Origin: Methanobacteriota archaeon | GTDB taxonomy: Archaea > Thermoplasmatota > Poseidoniia > Poseidoniales > Thalassarchaeaceae | Assembly: GCA_004195615.1 (NCBI GenBank) | Contig: PSPW01000001.1 | Coordinates: forward strand, 82,881-146,880 | Direction: 5' to 3' | DNA length: 64,000 nt | Shown here: positions 38,434-48,129 of the stretch, one piece after another | Layout: each line of letters starts with the position of its first letter | Position numbering within the stretch: the first letter of the stretch is position 1 | Notes under the pieces: generated by a model | Told to the model about the DNA's origin: nothing | The model's database searches: none | What the model saw: only the letters and a program-made list of their open reading frames with translations | Translations under genes and position numbers: made by a program

Positions 38434-38901
38434 GTGGAAGAGCTCCCAGAAGCGATTGAAATATCTCCCCGGGGTGATGAAAGCCCGTGGGGAGGGGACT
38501 CGGGCAACTCAGGACCGGGAAGCACCATTCTCAGCGGAAATGTCACTTCTTTCGAGGGCGAAGGGGAAAATTCCCCATATTGGGCGAATCTCAACGAAGA
38601 GAGAAAGGGGCCGTCCAACGGAGGATGGTTCGCAATTGGTTTGATTTTGGCCCCGGGTGCAATGTGGTTCGTTTCTTTCATCCTCTTCATCATTGGAGAT
38701 TCAATGCCAGACGGCCCAGACGAAATATTCTACATGCTAGCTTGGTTCCTCTGGCCCGCTGGCCTGATTGGCGGATTAGTCTGGAGCTTCACGAGAGGAA
38801 GCAAGTACTTCGCATACGGTCTTCTAACCGCTTTGGCAGTGATTCCAGCGGTATTTATCCTCTCAATGATTGTCATGGTAATCGTATTCATTGGGTTCTG
38901 A
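38434..38901 (+). CDS. Hypothetical membrane protein (3 TM)
   Basis: Polar N-terminus and three hydrophobic helices. TTCAA 30 nt upstream of the GTG. Confidence 0.7.
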   Translation: MEELPEAIEISPRGDESPWGGDSGNSGPGSTILSGNVTSFEGEGENSPYWANLNEERKGPSNGGWFAIGLILAPGAMWFVSFILFIIGDSMPDGPDEIFYMLAWFLWPAGLIGGLVWSFTRGSKYFAYGLLTALAVIPAVFILSMIVMVIVFIGF

Positions 38902-38904
38902 GCA

Positions 38905-39528
38905 TCAGAAACCGTTCACTAGGATGTACGCGAAGAAAAACATCAGCAGCCCCATTGCCCCGTCGATGACGTGTGCCTTCGACCTCAGCATCTCGACCCT
39001 ATCCCCTGCAGTAAGAACTGTTGCTACGGTCACATACCACGTCCCATCGATGACCATCCCCAGTAGGCCCATCCCAAGGAGCGTCTCCAGGGAAGAGTCG
39101 ACTTCGATGAAGGGGGCGTACAGAGCCAGCATCCAAGCCATAATCTTGGGATTGAGAAGGGCTATCGAGAACCCCTGAGCGAAGCCGACCCTGTCCGAGG
39201 GCCCGTGTGAGTCATCGGAGCCCAAGTCCTTTTTCGGACCGGCCATGGCGTGGCGCAGGAACGTGACCCCCAACCAGAGGAGGATCAACACCCCTCCTCC
39301 CCTGAGGAATATCTCGACGTCCTCATTGGCCGAAAGGGCGGTGGCTATTCCGAGCGCTGCGAGGAATGCGTAGATGCCGAACCCTATGCCGTGCCCAATC
39401 CCTGTGGAGATGCCTTGGCTGCGACCACCAGCCATGGTGTTCCTCAGGACCACTGCCAGGGACGGTCCGGGGCTCATCGCCCCTAGCGTGAAAACGGTGG
39501 CTAGGGCGGCCCATGCGCTAGGTTCCAT
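38905..39528 (-). CDS. LysE/RhtB-family translocator
   Basis: SPGP..AVVLRN, ALLNPK. Confidence 0.92.
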   Translation of the reverse strand: MEPSAWAALATVFTLGAMSPGPSLAVVLRNTMAGGRSQGISTGIGHGIGFGIYAFLAALGIATALSANEDVEIFLRGGGVLILLWLGVTFLRHAMAGPKKDLGSDDSHGPSDRVGFAQGFSIALLNPKIMAWMLALYAPFIEVDSSLETLLGMGLLGMVIDGTWYVTVATVLTAGDRVEMLRSKAHVIDGAMGLLMFFFAYILVNGF

Positions 39529-39539
39529 TGCTTCACCGA

Positions 39540-41333
39540 CTAGGCGCCTGCGTACATGGCCTCTATCTCGTCAGCCCAGTTCTCTCTGATCTGGATCCTT
39601 CGAATCTTCAGGGTGGGAGTCAATTCGCCATGGTCAACGCTGAGATCCCTGGAGAGGATTGTGAACTTCTTCAGCTGTTCGGGATTGGAGAACTGGCCGT
39701 TGAGCCTGTCGACGTGCCCTTGGAGCTCTGCGTATATCTCCGGGCTATCGGTGTACTCGCTGAGATCGTGTCCAAACTCCTTCAGCTTTGCCAACTGCTC
39801 CACTGGGTCCTTGGGAACCTTGGCCCCGTCCATCCCGTGCTTGTCCCTCAGAATCACGCTGACGTCCAGTGTGAAGAGCGCGCTGCAGTACTTCCTGTTG
39901 TCTCCTATGAGCATGCATTGAGAAACGAGGGGAATCGACTTCATCGTCTCCTCTATCACCAGAGGTGCGATGTTCTTGCCTGCCGAGCTCACGTAGATCT
40001 CCTTGATCCGCCCGGTGACGCTGATGTACCCCTGAGAGTCCTCCCGACCTAGGTCACCTGACTTGAGCCAACCGTCTTCGGTCATCGTTTCTGCAGTCGC
40101 CTCGGGGTTGTTGTAGTAGCCCTTCATGATGTGCCGGCCGCGGAACTGTATCTCTCCGTCGCCCTTCTCGTTGGGGTCGTGGATCCTTAACTCTCCAACG
40201 AATGTCTTACCGACCGTTCCAATTTTGTTGTTGCCCTCGAATCCGAGTGTCGCGCCTGCAGTGGTCTCCGTCATGCCGTATCCCTCGAAAAGCGGGATGT
40301 CCAACTTGTGGAAGAGGTGCAGTATGTCAGGATTAATCGGGGCTGCCCCCGTGATGGCGTACTTCAGGTTGGAGAAGCCTATCTTCTGCTTCGCCTTCTT
40401 CCTGACTATTCCCTTCAGGATCGGCAGGCTTAGCCACTTTACCTTGCTCCCTAGTCCGGCTACGAGGTTCGAGTATACCTTCTCGTAGATCCGTGGGACT
40501 CCGATGAAGAGAGACGGTTCGACCTCCTTGGCGCAATCTATCGAATCAAGTGGCGAGCTGACCACGCGCATGTGCATGGCGTCCCTCACCCAAATGTGGT
40601 TGTCGGCCAGCTGGCCGAACACGTGTGCGCATGGAAGCCAAGAGACGTAACCGTCGCCCTGGTTGAACTTGGCGATGGCCGACACTCCTGCGATCTCTGC
40701 CTCGAAGTTGTCGTGGGTGAGCTCGACACCCTTGGGGTTGCCAGTAGTTCCAGAGGTGTAGATCAGAGATGCGGTGTCGTCTGGTTGGATGCTAGAGAGC
40801 CTCTCCATCACCTCGGAGTCTTTGACCTTCCTGCCTTTGGAAACAAAATCGCTCCACGATATAGATTTCGGGTGGTCCGGCATATCGACGCCATCCATCA
40901 CCACAACTGACTCTACCTTGTCCAGAGATGCGAGCGCCACGTGCAGCCGATGGGAGCACATCTTCTCGGGATCGCCCCCGTCCATTGGATTGTTCCCAAC
41001 GAAGACTATCTTGGAGTCGGAGTTGCCTACCACCCACTCTACCTCCTCTGGAGAGCAAGTGTGGTAGACGCCGACCGCAGCCCCGTTGCACATGTTGGCG
41101 GCGGAGTACGCAGCGTACCACTCCTTCCGATTGTACGAATAGATACTGAGCTTGTCCCCCTTCTGGAAGCCATGTGCGATCAGTGCCTTGGAGATGTCCA
41201 TCGCGTAGTCCAAGAACTCGGACCAAGACGTGGTGTCCCAGTTGCCATTTTCGTCCTTGGAGGAGATTGCGGCTTCGTCTGGGTAATTTTCTGCGTTATC
41301 AATCAGGTATTGGGGCGTAGTCTTCGCTGACAT
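39540..41333 (-). CDS. Long-chain fatty acid--CoA ligase
   Basis: IYTSGTTGNPKG, EGYGMTE, WLKSGDLG, GRIKE, ELTPTLK. Start may extend to the TTG at 41345. Confidence 0.93.
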   Translation of the reverse strand: MSAKTTPQYLIDNAENYPDEAAISSKDENGNWDTTSWSEFLDYAMDISKALIAHGFQKGDKLSIYSYNRKEWYAAYSAANMCNGAAVGVYHTCSPEEVEWVVGNSDSKIVFVGNNPMDGGDPEKMCSHRLHVALASLDKVESVVVMDGVDMPDHPKSISWSDFVSKGRKVKDSEVMERLSSIQPDDTASLIYTSGTTGNPKGVELTHDNFEAEIAGVSAIAKFNQGDGYVSWLPCAHVFGQLADNHIWVRDAMHMRVVSSPLDSIDCAKEVEPSLFIGVPRIYEKVYSNLVAGLGSKVKWLSLPILKGIVRKKAKQKIGFSNLKYAITGAAPINPDILHLFHKLDIPLFEGYGMTETTAGATLGFEGNNKIGTVGKTFVGELRIHDPNEKGDGEIQFRGRHIMKGYYNNPEATAETMTEDGWLKSGDLGREDSQGYISVTGRIKEIYVSSAGKNIAPLVIEETMKSIPLVSQCMLIGDNRKYCSALFTLDVSVILRDKHGMDGAKVPKDPVEQLAKLKEFGHDLSEYTDSPEIYAELQGHVDRLNGQFSNPEQLKKFTILSRDLSVDHGELTPTLKIRRIQIRENWADEIEAMYAGA

Positions 41334-41399
41334 GGGCTTGGACAATGCATCCGGAAACTTAACTGTTGTCTAGTGAATTAAGTGTTGCAAAAACAACCT

Positions 41400-42137
41400 T
41401 CAGGGGAGCACGGCGCTGACGTTTTCGCGCCAGTCGGCCCCTCCGTTCCGATTGGCGAGGGGGGAAGCTGGGGATGGATGCCAGCACGATTTGACTCGGA
41501 TGCCCATTCCCATGAGTGCGGCATGAGCCCTCTTCTCCGCGTACTTCCCTATTCCGATGACCTCCTCCGCGCCCAGGGCCACAGCTGCCTCCCTAAGGTG
41601 TTGATCGCACCTCTCCAACAACTCATTCATCACAGGTCCGCTGATGTTGTTGGGAGTCACGTTAGTGCCCCTCGGGCCATCAAGAATCATCAACGGGCAG
41701 TGGTTGATGATGAACACCTTCTGGAAAATCTGGCTTGCGCCGCCGTACCTCTGCTGTAGAAGATCCCAAAGCCTTGTTCCAGAGACTTCCTCCTTGGGGT
41801 GGCTGAGTCCGTTAACCGGCCTGTTGGAATGCGGACTAACCGGTTGACCTACATCAATCCCAGATATTCCCAGTAGATCCCTCACGACTGAAGTAGCGGC
41901 GAATGGGACCCCCATCTGACCCATCCCATGAGGACCAGGATTCATCCCCAGCAGAATGGACTTGGCGCCGCTCCCTCCTGAACGGCGAATGAATTCCTCA
42001 TGGACTTCCCAAGCATACATCAGTGGGTTGTAAACGCAGTCTGCGACGCCGTCGGATTCCAGACGGCGAGCAATGGCTTGGGCATCGTCCCTCAGTCCGG
42101 ATGCAGCTCGAATCAGACCCTCAATTACCTCGGTCAT
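41400..42137 (-). CDS. SMUG1-type (family 3) uracil-DNA glycosylase
   Basis: VYNPL.YAW, GMNPGPHGMGQMGVPF, EVSG.RLW, NHCPL, HPSPASP. Confidence 0.88.
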   Translation of the reverse strand: MTEVIEGLIRAASGLRDDAQAIARRLESDGVADCVYNPLMYAWEVHEEFIRRSGGSGAKSILLGMNPGPHGMGQMGVPFAATSVVRDLLGISGIDVGQPVSPHSNRPVNGLSHPKEEVSGTRLWDLLQQRYGGASQIFQKVFIINHCPLMILDGPRGTNVTPNNISGPVMNELLERCDQHLREAAVALGAEEVIGIGKYAEKRAHAALMGMGIRVKSCWHPSPASPLANRNGGADWRENVSAVLP

Positions 42138-42602
42138 CTATTGCTTCACATCCCCAAGCAAAACACCTGCTATGTCACTGAGTTCTTTGGGAGTAATCGG
42201 GAAAACTGTTTGTGGAGTCCCTCCAGCCCCCCAGACCAAATCGTATTGCATCAGATCCTCGTCCATCAGGATCGTTACTGGATTCGTGTGCCCGAAGGGA
42301 GGAACTCCACCGATTGCGAATCCCGTACTTTTCAGGACATATTCGGGACTGGCCAATCCGGGTTTGAAACCCAGGATTCGCTTCAGTTTCCTCTTCCTCT
42401 CGACCCTGTTCGAACCAGAAGTAATCACGATAATTGCTCCATCTGGTCCTTCGAAGACAATAGATTTAGCGATGTGAGCGACCTCGCACCCTAACTGGTC
42501 TGCTGCGTCCTGAGAAGTTCTGGTGCCCGCATCGTACTTCTTGGGAGATGGCGAGAATCCGATTTTCTCACACTGCGAGAGCCATAGTTCGTGGCCGTCC
42601 AT
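42138..42602 (-). CDS. YbaK/EbsC-family aminoacyl-tRNA deacylase
   Basis: IAKSIVF, TGFAIGGVPPFGH, WGAGG. Confidence 0.9.
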   Translation of the reverse strand: MDGHELWLSQCEKIGFSPSPKKYDAGTRTSQDAADQLGCEVAHIAKSIVFEGPDGAIIVITSGSNRVERKRKLKRILGFKPGLASPEYVLKSTGFAIGGVPPFGHTNPVTILMDEDLMQYDLVWGAGGTPQTVFPITPKELSDIAGVLLGDVKQ

Positions 42603-42709
42603 GGAATTCGCCAAAAGTATCACGACTTATGAGTTGGGGAGCGACGAACTTGAGAAAAGGACGGTTCGCCAGTGTAACTTTCATGACTCGGGGATAATCG
42701 GTAGCGACC

Positions 42710-44119
42710 ATGGCGTGGCCGTTCGGACCTTACGGGACGGTGATGGGAACCATTCTCCTGATGACTATCCCACTGCAGAGGCTACTGACCAGAGATGAGC
42801 CAGAGATGAGAGTTGCGTTCTCGGATCTACTCGAGGAAATCCGAGAGAGGGGATACAAGTGGCACATCTCTGTTTATCTAGTAATGTACGGATTCAAGGT
42901 ATTCATTGACCAGCACAACGAGGCAATCAAGCCCAAGGTTGGCGGATACACTCACTACGTCCATGGGCTCGAGGGAGAAGTCACCCTCTGGGTTCAAGAG
43001 ACCTTCAGAAACGATCTACTCAGCGATGTTCTTTCTTTCCACTATTTCTTCGTTTACATGTTCCTGATATGGTTCAGCCCGATGTACTACATTCTCTGCA
43101 GGGACGAGGTGATGGCCGACAAGGCGGTGCTGAACTACTTCGTTATCTACGTTCTAGCAGTTCCCCTCTACCTATTCTTCAACGTCGAAGTCACCTCCTC
43201 CTTCATCCCGGGTATGGATGCCCTGATGTATCACAAGTCGTGGAACCTGTTCTTCTTCACGGAAGTTGATCCTCTTGACAATGGATTCCCTAGTCTGCAT
43301 GTGGGAATCCCGATTGGCCTCCTGATAATCAACAGACTGCATGTTAGAGAGATTGGAATCAAGATTGAAGAGTGGCGCCATAGGGAGTTCGATCTGTTCG
43401 TGGCGGTGAATGTCCCGATCTACCTTTTCAGTATTCAGTACCTCGGGATACACTGGGTATCTGATGTGATTCCCGGAGCAATTCTAGCCATGATATGTGC
43501 TCTTTTCGTCCAAAAGATCCAACCCAAACTGAGAGGCGTACGGGAGAATGGTTGGCCTTCATTGATTCCATCCAAGAGAGTGGCATACACATCGGCTGCA
43601 TTCTCCTTACTAGGGACCTTGATCCTACTCGCAGTGGTAGTCGATGGACCTGGGACGGATGATGAGGTGCCGACAATGAGGGTCGGTCCTGGAGATGTGA
43701 ATCTCGATGTTATCGAGGTCCACAGCCTGTGGCACCCGGCAGATGTAGAGGTCAGGAACGTGGGGGATGAAATCGTCCAGGTTCTCATCATCCACAGGGA
43801 CGCGGTAGAAATTCACGCCAAGGATGGGATAATCGACTGGTCTTCCCTATCTGGCGGTGACGTGCACGTGCTGGGGCCGGGGGAAATCCTTAGCGAGCGA
43901 GTGGAAACGCCTTCGGTGTTTGACGGACATTACGTATTGGTCACACACCAAGGAGATTCCGGAATCGGCGAGGTCAGAATCAGCATAGAGTACGTGGACG
44001 GGAGCCTCCTGTGGTCTGCCATCATCTCTTCCGTTCCTGCCTTCGCAATAACTGGTCTCATCATAGGTGAATTGTATTTCTCAGAGGATGAAGTGAGCGA
44101 AAAAATCACCTATGAATAG
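42710..44119 (+). CDS. PAP2-superfamily membrane enzyme (AUR1/IPC-synthase-like) with C-terminal extracytoplasmic domain
   Basis: NGFPSLHVG and YLGIHWVSDV motifs; multiple TM segments. Confidence 0.8.
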   Translation: MAWPFGPYGTVMGTILLMTIPLQRLLTRDEPEMRVAFSDLLEEIRERGYKWHISVYLVMYGFKVFIDQHNEAIKPKVGGYTHYVHGLEGEVTLWVQETFRNDLLSDVLSFHYFFVYMFLIWFSPMYYILCRDEVMADKAVLNYFVIYVLAVPLYLFFNVEVTSSFIPGMDALMYHKSWNLFFFTEVDPLDNGFPSLHVGIPIGLLIINRLHVREIGIKIEEWRHREFDLFVAVNVPIYLFSIQYLGIHWVSDVIPGAILAMICALFVQKIQPKLRGVRENGWPSLIPSKRVAYTSAAFSLLGTLILLAVVVDGPGTDDEVPTMRVGPGDVNLDVIEVHSLWHPADVEVRNVGDEIVQVLIIHRDAVEIHAKDGIIDWSSLSGGDVHVLGPGEILSERVETPSVFDGHYVLVTHQGDSGIGEVRISIEYVDGSLLWSAIISSVPAFAITGLIIGELYFSEDEVSEKITYE

Positions 44120-44488
44120 TCCCGATACTGCCCCCAAGCCCAGCCATGTTCCAACCCTGAAAGCAGGGTAGTTATGCCTCCATACGTACATTGACTGGAA
44201 CACCCAGAACAGGATTACAACGATGAACCAGGGTTTGAAAATCAACTGCGGGACGATTGCTAGGACCATGGCAACATTTGCACCAATGATCAAATCGATT
44301 CTACCTCCGGCTGGCTTTGGGGAGAAATACAGCATCGGGCTGAGCAATACCAAACCCATGAATGGGGCTGGGAAGACCCAACCCCAAGGTCGGGGTATCC
44401 CATCAAAGAGATGAGGCATGCAAGCGGCGGCAAATCCAACTAGGTTTGGGATTACTACTGGCCACAGCGGGGGTTCGTCCCACTTCAT
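44081..44488 (-). CDS. Hypothetical membrane protein
   Basis: Highly hydrophobic 135-aa ORF. TTCAT 30 nt upstream of the ATG. Confidence 0.7.
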   Translation of the reverse strand: MKWDEPPLWPVVIPNLVGFAAACMPHLFDGIPRPWGWVFPAPFMGLVLLSPMLYFSPKPAGGRIDLIIGANVAMVLAIVPQLIFKPWFIVVILFWVFQSMYVWRHNYPAFRVGTWLGLGAVSGLFIGDFFAHFIL

Positions 44489-44571
44489 GACGAGTCACCC
44501 CAATGGACCCCCCATGAAGTCTACTAGTTGGGCCGGAAGGTTTTCTTTGGATTTCACGACCTCGCAGTAAC

Positions 44572-45477
44572 ATGGCGAAGGGAGAGATTGTGCTGGGTTG
44601 CCTCGCACCACACCCGCCACATGTTGTGTATGCTGAGAATCCAGAACAAAACGAGGCTTTCTCGGAAGGAGGATGGGAGACTCTGAGATGGGGTTACAAC
44701 AGACTGGCTAGGAAACTGAAAACGATTGATTACGATGCAATGGTAATCTTCACCCCTCATTGGCAGACTTACATCGGAACGCACTTCCTAGGACTACCGG
44801 AATTCAAGTCTAAGTCTGTTGATCCGGTTTTCCCGAACATCTTCCGCTTCAACTACGACATCTCGGTAGATGTGGATCTGGCTGAGAAGATGTGCGAGGT
44901 TGCCGGTGAGTTTGGGATCGTTACCAAGATGATGCGAAATCCCGACTTCAGGATCGACTACGGCACAATCACATCTTGTCATATGCTCAATCCAGATTGG
45001 GACAAACCACTCGTTACCATCAGTAGCAATAGGAATGCTCACTACTACTCTGCTGAGGTAATGAACGAGCAAGCCAGTGCATTGGGAGAAGCCTGTGCAA
45101 GGGCCATAGAAGAAAGCGGCAAGAAGGTGGTGCTAATCAGCAGTCACAGCCTTTCACACAGACACTTCGTTACTGAGTCCCCCTTGCCTGAAGACATGAG
45201 TCGTGAGCACATATACAATCACAGCCAATATGTCTGGGACATGAAGCTCGTAGATCTGATGAGGAGTGGCAAGATGAGAGAGGTAATCGACATCATGCCT
45301 GAATTCACCGAGCAGACGATTGCGGAGACCGAGGGAGGTGGCCTGACTTGGATGATGGCTGCAATGAGATATCCAAACTATCCTGCCGAGATTTACGGAT
45401 ACCAGTCAGTAATTGGAACAGGTAACCTGATTGCTGCATGGGATCCCATGGAAGCCACGCGCGAGATTGTCCTCTGA
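44572..45477 (+). CDS. amnB: 2-aminophenol 1,6-dioxygenase beta (catalytic) subunit-like (LigB family)
   Basis: APHPPH.VY.ENP.QNE...GGWE.LRW.Y, TPHW, SVDP.FPN.FR, KMMRNP.FR.DYGTIT, LSH, PEDMS.E and IGTGN closely follow AmnB/CnbCb. The Fe-ligand His, His and Glu positions are present. Confidence 0.9.
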   Translation: MAKGEIVLGCLAPHPPHVVYAENPEQNEAFSEGGWETLRWGYNRLARKLKTIDYDAMVIFTPHWQTYIGTHFLGLPEFKSKSVDPVFPNIFRFNYDISVDVDLAEKMCEVAGEFGIVTKMMRNPDFRIDYGTITSCHMLNPDWDKPLVTISSNRNAHYYSAEVMNEQASALGEACARAIEESGKKVVLISSHSLSHRHFVTESPLPEDMSREHIYNHSQYVWDMKLVDLMRSGKMREVIDIMPEFTEQTIAETEGGGLTWMMAAMRYPNYPAEIYGYQSVIGTGNLIAAWDPMEATREIVL

Positions 45478-45486
45478 GGTGTTTGT

Positions 45487-46410
45487 TTGACGGAGCCAGA
45501 GATTCTATTCGGCATTTATTGCCCCCCTCACCCGCAACCCCTCCTCTCCCCGGAAGCTAGTGATGGCTATGGAAAGCTGAGGGATGCCTATGAAACATGC
45601 AGGAAGAGAATCGAAGAGAGCGAAGCGGACCTGATTCTGGTCTACTCCACGACATGGCCGAGCATAATCGGGCATCAGATTCAGGCACATCCCGAACCGG
45701 AATGGGTCCACGTAGACGATGACTTCCACTTCCTAGGAAGCATGCCGTACAAGTTCAGGATGGATGTAGAGTTCGCTGATGCGTTCAAGAATGCTGCTGA
45801 ATCAAGGGGACTGCAATCTAGGACGATCGAGTACGATGGATTCCCAATTGACACGGGTTCGGTCGTCGCTCTCAAGCTCCTGAACCCGGATAACCGAATA
45901 CCGGCATGCATCGTTTCCAGCAACATGTATGCAAACAGGGCCGAGACCATTGTCCTGGGCAAGTCTGCGCGTGATGCGATTCAAGAGCAGGGCAAGAAAG
46001 CCGTAGTCGTTGTAGTATCGAGCCTGTCTAACAGGATGTTCACCGAGCACATCGATCCCTCCGAGGACAGGATTCACTCTGCCAAAGACGACGAGTGGAA
46101 TCGTAAGATTCTAGAGTTCTTCGATGATGGCAGGTTGGAGGATCTGAGTCAGCTCTCGAGGGAAATTCACGGGCAGATTAGAGTGCAGAAGGTAGTCGCG
46201 TACAAGCCAGCTTGGTGGATGTCGGCCACAATGGGCCAGCATAACAACTACACTGGCGAGGTCTTGGCATACGAGGCCCTCCATGGCTCCGGAGGGGCTG
46301 TGGTGATACTGACCCCCGCCTCTGAATCGGTTGGTGACAAGGAGTTTGACGAAGATGACGTAGAACACTACCATGGGGATCGCGGAGTCTTAGACAAGGG
46401 GATGTTGTGA
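45487..46410 (+). CDS. amnA: 2-aminophenol 1,6-dioxygenase alpha subunit-like
   Basis: LVYSTTW, VHVD, YDGFPIDTG, SSNMY, IDP.EDRI...DDEWNR and GSGGAV match AmnA/CnbCa; directly follows amnB. Confidence 0.85.
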   Translation: MTEPEILFGIYCPPHPQPLLSPEASDGYGKLRDAYETCRKRIEESEADLILVYSTTWPSIIGHQIQAHPEPEWVHVDDDFHFLGSMPYKFRMDVEFADAFKNAAESRGLQSRTIEYDGFPIDTGSVVALKLLNPDNRIPACIVSSNMYANRAETIVLGKSARDAIQEQGKKAVVVVVSSLSNRMFTEHIDPSEDRIHSAKDDEWNRKILEFFDDGRLEDLSQLSREIHGQIRVQKVVAYKPAWWMSATMGQHNNYTGEVLAYEALHGSGGAVVILTPASESVGDKEFDEDDVEHYHGDRGVLDKGML

Positions 46411-47057
46411 TGTCTACTGAAGACGAAATGACTCACGAAGAGAAGCGAAAGAGCATGATTGACGATATCGTCGCTGCACCAACTGATGCGGTCGAGAGAA
46501 TATATGACGAGGTTGGAAAGTCATTGGCCAAGACGGCCGGAGGTGCCCTAGGAGCAGCAGCAGGGGTAGCAGTCGGAGGCCCCGTTGGAGGAATAGTTGG
46601 CGCAGTAGTGGGGAGGAAGGCTGCTGGAAAGCTAACAAGCGAAGACGGCCCCTTCATCGCCGAGGGCGGCCCATCTGCAGTCGGGGCGTACCCTCACTTG
46701 CACAGAGTGGGCGATTTGATCCTAGTCAGCGGAATGGGGCCACGTCAGCCAGGAACCAATGAAATCCCGGGTGGACCAATCAAAGACGATGAGGGGAACC
46801 CCATGGATTACGACATCAAGGCACAGACTCACGCGGTTATCAACAACATTAGAGTGATTCTGGAGGAATACGGTTCGGGACTTGAGAAGGTGGTGGACAT
46901 CCTTGTTTTCCTGACAGACATGGAACGTGATTTCAACGGGTACAACGAGGTATACGCCGAGTACTTCTCCGAGATACTGCCAGCAAGGACGACCGTGTCG
47001 GTGGATGCACTCCCGACTTCTATTGCGATCGAGCTGAAGGTCATCGCAAGAGCGTAA
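46410..47057 (+). CDS. RidA-family protein, 2-aminomuconate deaminase-like, with N-terminal extension
   Basis: AVGAYPH..RVGD...SG.GPR, DIKAQT, VFLTDM..DF..YN.VY, PARTTV.V..LP...IELKVIA; translationally coupled to amnA. Confidence 0.85.
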   Translation: MSTEDEMTHEEKRKSMIDDIVAAPTDAVERIYDEVGKSLAKTAGGALGAAAGVAVGGPVGGIVGAVVGRKAAGKLTSEDGPFIAEGGPSAVGAYPHLHRVGDLILVSGMGPRQPGTNEIPGGPIKDDEGNPMDYDIKAQTHAVINNIRVILEEYGSGLEKVVDILVFLTDMERDFNGYNEVYAEYFSEILPARTTVSVDALPTSIAIELKVIARA

Positions 47058-48086
47058 TCAAGGTCCCTGATCTTCTATTGCATTGGAGGTGCACCAAGTT
47101 GGGGATGTAATGGGATTGCACCTGCTTGGAGTTCCTTCCGGAATCTCGACCCAGTAGTCTACCCCATCCACTTGTGCGGGATAATCAGTCGAGATGCTGT
47201 GAGCCCCGGCTGCAAGGGCTGCGTCGCGTCTTGTTGTGTCGTTGTTGTCAGCCTCCTCACCTCCGCTGTCCGCCCTACTCCGGACGATGTAACCCTCGCT
47301 AACGAGTCTGGTAATCTCATCACCACTGCCAATTGGGTCTGTAAGCGAGAAGATGGCGGCCTCGTTGCTACCCTCGTCAGACAGGGTGAACATACGAGCC
47401 CCGGATAGTCCCGGATACGCTTCTACATACAGGTCCCTGGACTCCCCACTAGCTAGCAGAACGAAAATCGCCTTTCCTCTGCTCTCTTCCAGCAATGGCC
47501 AGCCATCCGTGATTACCGAATCCTTCAGGGTGGCACTCTCGCCCCTCACGTCATCGGGCGTAATCGTCTTGTTCAGGGGCCAGAACTGGGCAATCTCCTG
47601 CTCGATGTCTTCCAATAGGCCCGAAATCTCCAGAGTGGTTGTCACGTCGGTGGCTTGCTCGGGCCAGTCCTTGGGCTCAATCCAAATGAAGAGCGGATGG
47701 TGCAACGGGTTCTCGTTCGACCATCCGAGGAGTGCTTCAAGGCAATTCTCGAATGTTGGGCACGTCGTGCCGGAGTCGTACTGGTTGTGGTAGACTCTGA
47801 GACCCTCCCTAATGTCCCACCAGACATCGATCTCAAACTGTCTGACGCCCTGCTGTGAGACCTGGAAATCCAGAGGTTGGTGTGTGTACATGTACTCCCT
47901 AGTGGGAGAAAACAAGGGCTCAATGTGGTATGAGTTGTGAGTCCCCTTCATCTGGATGTGATTAATTCTGAGTGGTTCTTTCTCCGAATCTCCTCCGAAG
48001 ATTCCATTACCCGAATCGGAGCCTAGGCACCCAGTTAGAGATGCCATGACTATCAAGGTCGCCACCAACGGGGCTTGCTTCCTCAT
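47058..48086 (-). CDS. Secreted lipoprotein, Ca2+-dependent PI-specific phospholipase C family
   Basis: Lipobox LTGC, GTHNSYH, GVRQFEIDV, WIEPKD, RSRAD, AHSISTDY. Confidence 0.85.
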   Translation of the reverse strand: MRKQAPLVATLIVMASLTGCLGSDSGNGIFGGDSEKEPLRINHIQMKGTHNSYHIEPLFSPTREYMYTHQPLDFQVSQQGVRQFEIDVWWDIREGLRVYHNQYDSGTTCPTFENCLEALLGWSNENPLHHPLFIWIEPKDWPEQATDVTTTLEISGLLEDIEQEIAQFWPLNKTITPDDVRGESATLKDSVITDGWPLLEESRGKAIFVLLASGESRDLYVEAYPGLSGARMFTLSDEGSNEAAIFSLTDPIGSGDEITRLVSEGYIVRSRADSGGEEADNNDTTRRDAALAAGAHSISTDYPAQVDGVDYWVEIPEGTPSRCNPITSPTWCTSNAIEDQGP

Positions 48087-48129
48087 CCTAGTCGAATTAT
48101 TGGAGGGGGAGATAACACTTCTGAAGGGG

